Positions 12,117 through 23,300 of a DNA stretch of 64,000 nucleotides are shown here, in pieces. Below the pieces are notes generated by a model, which was not told where the DNA came from, ran no database searches, and worked only from the letters and a program-made list of their open reading frames with translations. The position numbers and the translations under genes were made by a program. The stretch is from Nemertoderma westbladi (Eukaryota > Animalia > Xenacoelomorpha), in the NCBI GenBank assembly GCA_032718475.1, contig JAUCBJ010000045.1, positions 38,527-102,526 on the forward strand, written 5' to 3'. Every line of letters starts with the position of its first letter. Within the stretch, counting starts at the first letter, position 1.

Positions 12117-13800
12117 CTAGTTGTCAATTTCTAATGGGATAAGTCCTTGTACAGGTCGAGTGATAATTATACTGCTGATTTTTTTGCCTATTTTTGCAAT
12201 TTTTACTTTTACAGATCTGATACTATTATCACGACCATGTAAGAGCTCTACTATAATCCCTAGCTTCCATAATTGGCGCGGTTTCTTGATCTTAGAAGTA
12301 GTTTCATCCAGTAACACCACCTCACCAACCCTCGGCTGACGTGTCTGATATCGGCGAATAGAGTAATGCTGTCTAAGAGTTGTCAGATACTCGCGAGCCC
12401 AAATGTTCCAGAATTTATCTATCAATTGGTCTTTGTATTTGGTGCGTCGGGTCACATTCTCAGCATTCAATTCGTCATTAATATTATTACTGCTGATATT
12501 ATCTGTTTCAGGTCTTTCAGTGAGTCGCTTTCCGATTAATAAATGTGACGGAGTTAGAGGTTCCAAAATCTCGTCTGAATACACGTAAGTTAGTGGGCGA
12601 CTGTTAATTACACTCTCAACTTTTATCAATAAGGTATGTAACTCGTCGCTATTCAATAATGCGTTTCCTATCGACTTCCTCAATGCTCTCTTCACACTTT
12701 GCACTAGTCGTTCCCAGTACCCTCCCCACCAAGGGGCATGTTCACATATAAAGTTCCATTTGATATTTAAATTTGCTATATGGGTTTGTGTTTTCTTGGC
12801 TGTGAAATTACTTCCATTATCTGAAGTTATTGTTGCTGGATATCCCCTGCGACCAAAGAATCTATCTAAACCACGGATAGTAAACTCCGCATCTATACTT
12901 TCTTGTAATTCAAAATGTACCGCTCTAGACGAATTACATGTAATCAGAAGAATATGGCATTTTTCAATCAGTTCATTATTTCGAACATACATTGGCCCCG
13001 CTATATCCACACCGACATCATTAAATGCTAGACTTCCACTCACCCTATCCAGGGGTAAACAAGGTGTATCTGGGGGTGTGAATGCTTTTGCTTGTTGTTT
13101 GCGACATATAACACATTCATTTAATTGTTTCTTAATAATTTGTCTGGCCTGGGGTATATAAAACTTGTTTCTCAGTTGCACAAATGTATCACGAACTCCA
13201 GCATGTAATACTTCTGTTTCGTGACATTGTCTAATGATTAACGTCGTCAGATAAAGTTTTTTCGGTAGCAGTATTGGATCTTTCGCTGTTGTGGGCACCT
13301 GATATGCCATATCAATGCGGCCTTTGCATCTTATCAAGCCCTCAGCATCTAGGTATAAGTGAAGTTGATTGATTAAGTTTCTCACATAAGGCTCTTTGTC
13401 GCATTTTGTCGTCAATTGTGAAACAACTTCAGGATACATTTCTGCTTGAACTTCCTTTAAGCATAAAGTGCTTGCTTTGCTTCTTTCCAGAATAGTTAAA
13501 ACACCTAATTGTTTGGGGGTATCCTTCCCTATCCTTGCCTTCAGATTATTGACAAAACGGTACATCCATGCCACTACTTGAATCAGCTTATTGTAGCTGC
13601 TATAACGAAGTATTATTGAATCATGCACTTCGTTTGAGATAAGTAAGACTGACGGCATTTCTATTGGGTTCTTCAACTCTTTAAAAGCCTCTTCCTCAAT
13701 ATCTCTTGTCTCTATGGTTTTCGAAGGATAATCTATCACATTTGACACCCATTCCGGACCACACCACCAGATATTTCTGGCTGGGGAAGGTTGAATAAGA
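12117..13800 (-). CDS. BEL/Pao integrase region (HHCC zinc finger, DDE core, DUF5641-type C-terminus), 5'-truncated
   Basis: WWCGPEW, YSSYNKL, CHETEVLHAG...CVIC, VGVDIAGP, TSDNGSNF, PWWGGYWERLV, NSRPL, PLTPSHLL, FWNIWAREYL, TRPVQGLIPLE. Confidence 0.92.
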
Positions 13801-14610
13801 CAATGAGGCCATTGACATTTTACAATCAAGGTTTGGACATAAACAGCTACGTATTAACGCCCATATGAAGAGAATAATAAATCTACAGGTAGCCTGTATG
13901 AAAGTGGACGATTTAAGAAAATTGTATGATGAAGTCAATATTCAGATTAGAGGACTCTTGACACTTGGTCTATCAAGTGATACATATGGGGCCCTGCTTG
14001 TTGCCATCTTAGTGTCAAAATTGCCGGAAGAAATTATTTTAGAAATTTCGCGTGTTGAGAAGGGCGAAATTTGGGATATAAACGTTGTATTAAAAACATT
14101 AAGGGAAGAAGTTGAGGCAAGAGAGATTGCAGCACAACAACAGGAAAAAACAGATGTAAAACAGGCAGCCTGGAAAAGCTTCAATGGTGAAATTGGTACA
14201 GCATCGGCATTGTTAGAAAATAGCAATTCAAGATTTAAACCCGCTGTTGCTAGATATACACGTAGGCCGGATAATTGTGTGTATTGCGACAAAGCACATC
14301 GCAGTACTGATTGCGAACAATTCTATAATATGCAAAGCCGAATTGTGCGGTTGCAGCAATTAAATAAATGTTTTTCTTGTTTGGGGGAGGGACACATTGC
14401 TAAGGAATGTGCAAGGAAAATTAGTTGCATCATCTGCTCAAGGCCACACCATATTTCTCTGTGCAGTAGAGTTTCTGCGCCATTTTATGGAAAAGCCGAT
14501 GTAAAATATAGAACAAATTATGAGCGTCAAGGTCCAGGATATAATGTTGGGTTTGTTGAAAACTATCCAATTCCAACGCCACCTAGAGGGGAGATCAAGA
14601 ATGGTATATA
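13801..14610 (+). pseudogene. Inverted BEL/Pao gag fragment (DUF1759 end + three zinc knuckles)
   Basis: NEAIDILQSRFG...LVSKLP...CVYCDKAHRSTDC, CFSCLGEGHIAKEC, CIICSRPHHISLC. Confidence 0.85.
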
Positions 14611-14805
14611 TCAAGCCTGGTATTGTTCTAGTAGTTTGGGTTGTTTTTGCATCTTCTTTAATAGAGTTTCGTACCTACGCTCAGCTAGGTAATAATTATT
14701 AGGCAAATTAGCCTTTTGCGATGAAATCCATGGTAATTTAATTTCGTATCTTCCATTGATCATCTCTGGTTGTTCAATAAAATCTAAGTTAAAATGTGAA
14801 TCCGG
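14611..14805 (-). pseudogene. BEL/Pao pol fragment (linker just before RT)
   Basis: GRYEIKLPW...LPNNYYLAERRYETLLKKMQKQPKLLEQY matches the typical pre-RT segment of this superfamily. Confidence 0.75.
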
Positions 14806-15021
14806 ATTGAAAAATGCCATATTCTTCTGATTACATGTAATTCGTCTAGAGCGGTACATTTTGAATTACAAGAAAGTATAGATGCGGAGTTTACTATCCG
14901 TGGTTTAGATAGATTCTTTGGTCGCAGGGGATATCCAGCAACAATTACTTCCATTATCTGAAGTTATTGTTGCTGGATATCCCCTGCGACCAATGAGGCC
15001 ATTGACATTTTACAATCAAGG

Positions 15022-16918
15022 CCCCCCGCCGTCTCTCGTCCACCCATTCGACCGCCGAAGCAGGAGTCGCCAACGTTGTAGCGGGCGGACGAGGGACAAC
15101 GGGCGACAAATCATGAATATTTCGCTCGGGGTCCAGGACCTGAACTGTCTCCTGGGCAGTTCTACTGGGCATAGGTAGCTTAGTGCTGTGCAAAGGGAAT
15201 TGAGAAGTAGGTTCAGGGAGTACAGGTGTCTCTACGACCGAAAGGGTTGCTTCGGGAACAGGCCTAATTATTTCAGGCTCATCTACTATAGTAGGGAGTC
15301 TTTCTATTGTAATTATTTGGTCTGTGGGTTCTGTACTACCTAAGTTGGTGTTATTTAGTTGCCTTCTAACAGCTGGAGGCAAATCAGGCAATTTCTGACG
15401 GTGGAATGTTCTTTTACGTCTGCTTAGGTGAGATCTATTTCCCTTGCCTTCAGTATCGGTGGTATCGCCTTCCTCAGATGATGTATATCCCTGTCTTTTG
15501 GGAGTAGATCGATTCATCATCTGCATATTACTAGCTGTTAACTGTTTATTAACGTTGTCTTGTCTCTCTTGAAGATTTTCCAACTCTAGTTGGGTTGTCT
15601 CTTCAGATGCCCTCCGTTCTGCTTCTGCCACTGCTATTTTTCTTTCCGCTTCGGCCGCCTTTCTTTCGGCTTCTACTGCTGCAGCTGCCGCTTTTGCCTC
15701 TGCCGCTGCCGCTTTTGCCTCTGCCGCTGCCTCTGCCGCTTTCTTTCTATCTTCTATACGTTTTTTCTTTACTTGTTCTTCTTGAACCTTAACGATGCGG
15801 AGTTGTTCATCGAATTTAGCTTGATTAGCCGCTAACCTATCCACGTCGATGGCGTCAAGCACACGCTGTGCTCCTTCACTATTAGGGCTAAGTCCCTCTA
15901 GTCTTCTCCGCAACTCTTCATCACCTACAAAACGTTGATAGTCTGACAGATAGATGTCAATGGCATCCCTCTTATGCGGTTTCTCTGCCATCGCTTCACT
16001 TTCCACTTGGGAAAAAGTAGCGTCTGTTGATTCTCCATGGGTTGAGCGCTCCTCCAGTTGATCTTTCCACTGAGCTGTTCCTTGAACCTGGCGACTCACC
16101 CGTTGAAACCAAGTCTTTACGGCAACTTGCAACGACGTGTCTTGTCTTCTTTTAGAAGCCTCTTCAAAGGCTGATAATATTAGCCTGATTCGCAGAATTC
16201 TTTCTCTAACTTGATAAAGCAGTTGTCCCTGCTCTTGAGGTCCTAGAGGTTGTTGTAACAGTTGTTTTTCTACTCGCTCCATAGAGCTGAAGAATCCCTG
16301 TGCGTATCCGGCTGCGGACCTCTTCCACACAGCTGGATCGATGGTTTCCTTGGCTACTCCCATCCGGTGTATGTCTTCCCAGGCAGCTTCTGATAAATCA
16401 AACGGGAGTCCGGGTCCGGGGAAGTTCCATTGCGACTCGACCATAGATTTCAGTTCTTCCTTTGTGTATCCTGCATAACTATCTTTAGTTGAGCGCTTAC
16501 TTCGCGCCCAATCGATCTGGTGTTCTTCCACCGCGATCAATAACTTGGTGAGTACGGCTGCAGGAAGGATGAGAAGTGGATCCGAATAAACCGCATCCGT
16601 CATCCTTGCTCCGCGCTCGGGTGTCAGTTCTACAGTATCTTCACTACTGGAGCTGTCGGGCCGCTGAGAAATAAGTTCTTGGCTCACGGGTTGTTGCTGT
16701 TCCGCTGCTTCTTGGTCCCGCTTGACCTGGGCTCGAGTGCCTATGATAGACCTACGATGTTGGACCAGCCTAGGTTCTGTTATTACTACTGGAGGGATGA
16801 CTTTCCTCACAGTGGGAGGTGAACTGAACTTAGGACTAGACGGTTCTACACCCTTATCTGAGTCGCAGATAGTTACATCTAATACACTGTCTGACAGGTT
16901 CTGCTTAGTATCAGACAT
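15022..16918 (-). CDS. A2 Gag N-terminal part (coiled-coil, AAEAK repeats)
   Basis: ATG at 16918, homologous to A1 2534-1083. The last ~22 aa of the ORF-track protein come from the C insertion. Confidence 0.8.
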
Positions 16919-19705
16919 GTTTGTTTGCACAGTTGAATGCCTACTGCTATATTACAGTTTAAGCAAGTCTAGTAATTCAGTATTAACTGCTAGCCTAGTA
17001 ATTAATTACCGATACTGCTACTCAGTGTAGCGTGATATATAATATATTAGTATACCGGTATGCTTATAGTATATATAAGTATTATTACAGACTAGTTTTT
17101 TCACAGAAACCGGTATATAATTTTAGCACAAATATATATAAATATATAATAGGCCTATCGTGGATACCGGTATGCAGTTTACACTTATAGTATATATAAG
17201 TATAATTACAGACTAGAATTAATTACAGAATACCGGTATGATTTCAGCACAAGTATATAAATATATAATAGGCCTATCGTAAATACCGGTATATCAATTA
17301 TTTTAAATAATTGAATTTCTGAATTTTAAGGGTTACTTGGTTACTTTAACTTACTTTATTACCGTTATTTAAGCAGTAGTCCAACTGATATTGAGACCTA
17401 ATTATTGTATGGCAGGCCTACTATTTATAAATCGTTTGAGTTGATTTATAATATATATACCCGTTTAATGGGTTTTGTCAATGTTGAAATAAATGTTATT
17501 ATTTCTGGGGGAGTCACTACACATAAGCTGTGAGCTCTCAGTGGAGTGCTACTTGTTAGACACTAAAACAAATAATTCTAATTTACCTAAGTTACTTAAT
17601 ACTACAAATTACGTACAATTCGGGTTGAGATTACAATCTCTAAATAAACACAAAAATTTACAAAAACACAAAATACGAATTTTCAGGGTAATTTTACAAG
17701 AAGTCTACAAACCAGCCTAACAAAGGGTTAGAATTCTGGTTATTACAACGGACAGGGTACTGCGGTATTTGAAAATAATAAGTAGTAGTAAATATACTGC
17801 GTTGTCCAGATAGGAAAATACCACCGCCTGACGACCTATAGCCGTATCGCTATAGGTACTACGTTATGTATCACGGAGTGTTCCTACCTAGAAGTTAATA
17901 GAGCTAATCGAACGTGCCTATCAACCACTTTACAACACAAATATAATGCCTACACTAATTACTTTCGGAAAGCACTGTACACTAAACCCTAAATTAGGTA
18001 CGAGTACTTGTACAACATATAATCAGTAGTTAAATATACTTGAACAGCTAAAAGAACCACGGCATCTGCTGGAGTGACCGGTGCACAAAATCACCAGTCT
18101 TTACCTACGCCAAGCAGCCCGTGTAGTACCGGGGTTAATTTAACTATAGCGTGTATTTACTGTATGTATAACAAACACAATTATTGTAGGAACAAACTTG
18201 GGGAATGAATGTTGCGAATAATCGCATAAACTCTGAATAATAAATATTACGCTACGCGTACAAACCACTCAAACAAAATGCAGACCAAATACTGACAGAC
18301 TACTATCAAGCCTAAACAAACTACGGTATATGCAGACTCCGAAATGATTAAGTAGTATGCGTTCTAACCCAGTAGTACGACTTATTCTTTAGATGGGGGT
18401 TTACCTTACAGCGATGGCTGCCCCTACTTCCTAACCGTTCTTTATCGGACAGATGCTTTGCACACACCGAAATTTCCTCAAACCCAACAACAGCCAGACA
18501 ACTATCCAGCCTACAAATTATCTAAATAAAATTATACGCTACCCGTACAGACTACACAAACAAAGTACAGACCAAACGCTAGTCAACTACTATCAAGCCT
18601 AAATAAACCACAGGACATGCAGACTCCGAAATAGTTAAGTAGTATGCGTTCTAACCCAGTCAGCCAGTAGTACGACTTATTCTTTAGCTGGGGGTTTACC
18701 TTACAGCAATGGCTGCCCCTACTTCCTAACCGTTCTTTATCGGACATACACTCTACATGTACTGTAATCCGTTCAGACCTAATCAACAGTTAGCCAACAA
18801 TCAAGCCTAGAAATTATCTGTACAATCTGAGCAGGGTTACACACCTTCTGCTCAATATCAACCTACTAGTAAATAAAACTGGCAGAAATAAGTAAACTAT
18901 ACAAAAGAATGAGGGGTGATCAATCCCTATTCCCCTGGCAGCCTACAGTATACAATAGATCACAATCGAATAATACTGCTGTACCTGTACTGTTGTAGGT
19001 ACCGGTCCGGATGATCAGGCAGTCAGGCCTACTGGTTACCGGTCGACCGGTACTTTCGACTAGATTGCTTACACCGCAATCCAGAAGCAATATCTGTTAT
19101 TGTTTGCGCTTTTAAAGACCTTTGACAGTTTAACCTGCCAAAATTAGAATGTCCTTTGGATGATAGATAGTCTTTAGCCTATGACGAGTATTTGATACAC
19201 TACATTAGCCGAAGCCAGTCTATGCGCAATCATTCACCCGTTGGATATACCCGGGAGACTGAGTTCGGGGCTTAATGATTGATGGTGTAAGCCTACTGTA
19301 TTATTCGACTGATCGTAATATATAATCTCTGACAAATATTATTCACTTTCGGGAAATATTAACAGTTCCTTTAGGACGTGGCGCTCTAAATATATAAACA
19401 GAGTTATGACTTAAACCAGACACAACGAAAAGGCTATAGATTCACATATATGGCGCATTCTTTAGGAGATGCTTTGTTATCAGTTACACTCATACACAAT
19501 GCTGCACAATACTGCACACTAATCTGCCAACCTTCACTAAATTTGGTCACGTATAAAGAGAGCAACAGACAATTTATGTTGGGCATATGAAATAGCATTA
19601 GATTCACTTCAAACCACTCAACATACATAGGTCGCAATCGTTTATCTGTAACCGGTCTCTCTAACCTTTAGTATATCAAGAAGGTGGGGTGTCTGACTAT
19701 TGATC

Positions 19706-20244
19706 TGTTAGCTTATTCAATCCCGCCAACACCCCATAAAGTTATAAGCCGATAAGCAATATTGGGAGCCACGAGATTGGGCAATTAACCAACTCGTGCC
19801 ATCCCAATAAGAGTGGGAAGGAAGCACACAATAGAGGTTCAGGGGCCAAACCCCTAACCCAGAGAGAACAGGTGGAGTGAACGGGAATACTCCACGGGGC
19901 GCCAACAAGGGTAACAACCAATCAGAGGGGGGCAAGGCATCGATTAGGTAGTAATTAGGCCAACCGTGCAGTATAGCCACTTGGCAGTAATATTACCTAT
20001 TCAGTCATCTCAGTGCAGCAGTGCTAGCGTAGGATAATAGTTAATTAGTTTAGTTAGGGGAGCACGGGACTTTAGTTACCGTATCCCGCCTACCGTATAA
20101 TTCACAATATATCTATATCCTATAACCTATTATTATACACCGAACTTCAGAACTCATTTAACTTCATTCACTCTTTATACACGGCGGGGACGCGTAAACT
20201 GAATACCAACCGGATAAATCGGGATCCTCCTGGATCCCGTCACA
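19706..20244 (+). repeat. 5' LTR of element B
   Basis: TGTTAGCTTATTC...GGATCCCGTCACA, near-identical to 30937-31475. Confidence 0.95.
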
Positions 20245-20324
20245 GTAACTAAATCCGAGCTGCCGCCCCAGTTAAACTCTAAGAACTACACTGCCAGCTA
20301 GCCGAACTCCACCGACCAGACGAG

Positions 20325-23300
20325 ATGAGTGAATCGGGCGAGACACCGACGCGGACCCCGGACGAAGATCAAACGATCCGCGAGGCCGCGACCAAACGAT
20401 ACAGGCCCACGACGCCGGAGCCATCGATAACGGGCGAACCGGAAGCACAGGACGAGGAGGGCCTGGAACCCGAAGTCGAGCCAAGAGGAAGAGAGAGGGA
20501 AACGAAGAGAGACGGAGATGAGTCGACACAGGACGGAGATCGGCGCACTGATGTCGCCGGCCAGCTACAGGCCGAGGGCGACGAGCGGCCCACCGAAACG
20601 GCGACGGTGGGGCCGACGGTGCAACGCCGGACGCAAAGAGACGGAGGAGAGATCGGTACCGATGTCGCCAGCCAGCTACAGGCCGAGGGCGACGGACGGC
20701 CCACCGGAACGGCAACGGTGGAGCCGCCGGTACGATGTCGAACCCGGAGGGACGGAGGAGAGGTCGGCGACGAAGACGTCGGGGTTTCTGAGCGACTTCG
20801 ACGGGCCTACAACGCGACCCGGAAGCTGATAAACGACGCCAAGAAGGAAGGGGCGAAGGTAGACGAGGTGAGACTGAGAAAGCGACTAGGTGAGTCGGAT
20901 AGACACTTAAATTACCTAATACGTTTTGGGCAGAGAGAACTAGCCGGGGAGAGAGCAAAAGGGATTGCCGGCGAACTGTCTGAACTATGGGAGTGTGGGA
21001 GTATGGAACCTAGCGTAGCGCCAGTGTACATAGGGCCATACTTGGTCGATGCCCGGGGAGTAAAATTAGTGGGTTGGAGGGGACCTGAGGGGGGCGAATC
21101 CGAGGTTAACCCCGAGGATTCGGCCTCGTCGGTCGGAGAAAGTTCCGGGAAGCGGGGGAAAGTTAGTAGGTCGGGAAGGCGGAGGGGGTCCGTCGCAACC
21201 GATAAGTCTGCTACATCCTCCGCGAAAGGAAGAGTGGTGAGAGAGATAGGTGCTGCATACCGTCTCGACGTGGCAGAGCAAGGTCAGAAGGAAATGGAGG
21301 AACGGCTAGAGGAGGGGAGAGCGCGGTTAGCGAGGGAAGCGGCATTGATTAAAGAGGCCGGAGAGAGGGTCGAAAGGGCTTTGAGGAGCCTTAGGGAGAG
21401 TGACGAAATAGAGGAAAATGAGTGTAGAGAGCGTGAGGCAAGGGAGGAAAGGGAACGCAGAGAGCGTGAGGCGAGGGAGGACGAGGAACGCAGAGAGCGT
21501 GAGGTGAGAAGGGAAAAGGAACGCAAGGAATATGAGGCGAGAAGGGAAAAGGAACGCAAAGAGCGTGAGGCGAGACGAAGGGAGAGCGCTAGGAGTGTAG
21601 TAGAGTCGGCCAGACGGGACAGCCAGGAGAGTGAGAAGAGAGGGGCAAAGGCTGAGCGAGAGCTAAGGGAATTAGAGAAACGCCAAGGTGAATGGGCAAA
21701 AAATAAGATTAGACGGGCGCACGAGCTGGAACTGGTCCGAGTGTTGCCGTCTGAAAGCGGGGCCGGCTCGAGTATTTTTGAGGAGCCAGGGGCCGTAGAC
21801 ACGTTCATTAATACCCCACTGACAGGGACCGCACGACAGACCCAAAACTGGTGTGACCGTACGGGCGGGGGGGGGTAATAATAATGATGGTACAGTAGAC
21901 GTTGTTAATATTGATAATACCGTATGGGACAACACTAATCAAACCTTTATTACAGGAAATGCTTTGCCTAGTGGTAGTAATTTAAATTTAAATCAGGATA
22001 ATCCCAATATTAATGTAGGAAATAATTCTAATATTGATGTAGTTACGCAAATTAATTCAAATAATCAAAATAATAACCCAAATTCAAACCTACAAAATAA
22101 TTTAAATAACGCAGTTACGCAAAATAATTCGAATAATTTAAATAATGACCTATGCCCGAATTTACAAAATAATTCAGATAACGTAGTCGCGCAGAATAAT
22201 ACAAATGACTTTGTTCCAAACGAGCAAATTAATTCCGTTTCCAATATGGGTGCTATTAATGTAAACACGTCGGGCCTACATAACCGAGCGGAAGAGGGCC
22301 TGGTAGGTCACATAGTCGGTAGCCAGACGGATGAGGGCCTGGTAGGCCACGTAGTTAGTAGACAGGGAGCAGAGGGCCTGGTAGGCCACGTAGTTAGTAG
22401 ACAGGGAGCAGAGGGCCTGGTAGGCCACGCAATAGCAGAGGGAGAGGCGGGGGTGAATGGACCCGACCGCAGTAGGGTTGATGTGTCGACTAGAGAGGTA
22501 TATAATAGCGGGGAGAGAGGTAGCGAAGTTAGATGTAGAGAGTGGGGGGGGGGGGCTACGAGGACCCCACAACAGAGAGTTAGCGGCGAGAGGGGGGGGC
22601 AGGGAGTGTCCCACAGCCGTCAGCGGATAATGCGAGGGCCAAAATAGGTAAACCGCAACAACCGGCAACGGAAAGTAACAGGGGGATTGCGGGTATCCCC
22701 AGCGGCGTGCGACCGAGCAGAGAGAGACAGGTTGACGTCACGAGAGGGCGGACGAAGCGTCGAGCCCGATCAGAAGAGGGAAGAAGAACAGTGGGGTTTA
22801 ACCGGGAGGTCGACGAGAGATCTCGCGAGCGGGAATATTCCACTGATAGGAGAAGAAAGGAAGACAGTAGTAGAAGTATCGCCGCGAACGATAGAAGAGC
22901 GAGGACGGATAGCGAGCCGTCGATAGTCGAGATGAGAACGGAGAGTCAGTGGGGTCGGACTCCGGGAGATTGCCGTCGCCCCGGAGGGATGCGACCCGGT
23001 GAGATGCATTACACGCCGATGGAGGGGTACGCGATGTACCGGTGCGAAGATGAGAACAGTAGAGGGGGGGGTCGAAGAGAAACTTTCCGACGGAATACAC
23101 CTATTGATCGAGAGTACGGTAGCCGCGGGGAGGATTATTCGAGAAGAATAAACTTCGATCCCGAGGGACACATGCAGACTGTAGGACATACTGTAGGCCT
23201 TACTGCACATACCGTAGGCCATACTGAGAGAGGCAATGTAGGCGATAGGATAGCGTGGACAACGGGATTAAACCCGGAAGTCGCGGAATACATACCGGCG

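Larger units (their letters stand above)
11585..15021. mobile_element. Rearranged fragment of a second BEL/Pao family (C) inserted in the A2 gag
   Basis: A1 reads EWVEEGRRG-MNLLLG contiguously, whereas A2 has EWVDERRRG (15023) and MDLLLG (11585) separated by 3.4 kb of LTR, integrase, gag and pol pieces in mixed orientation. Confidence 0.85.

Noticed and set aside
19717-19980. 87-aa minus-strand ORF duplicated at 30948-31211
   Set aside because: Lies within the LTRs; the duplication reflects LTR identity
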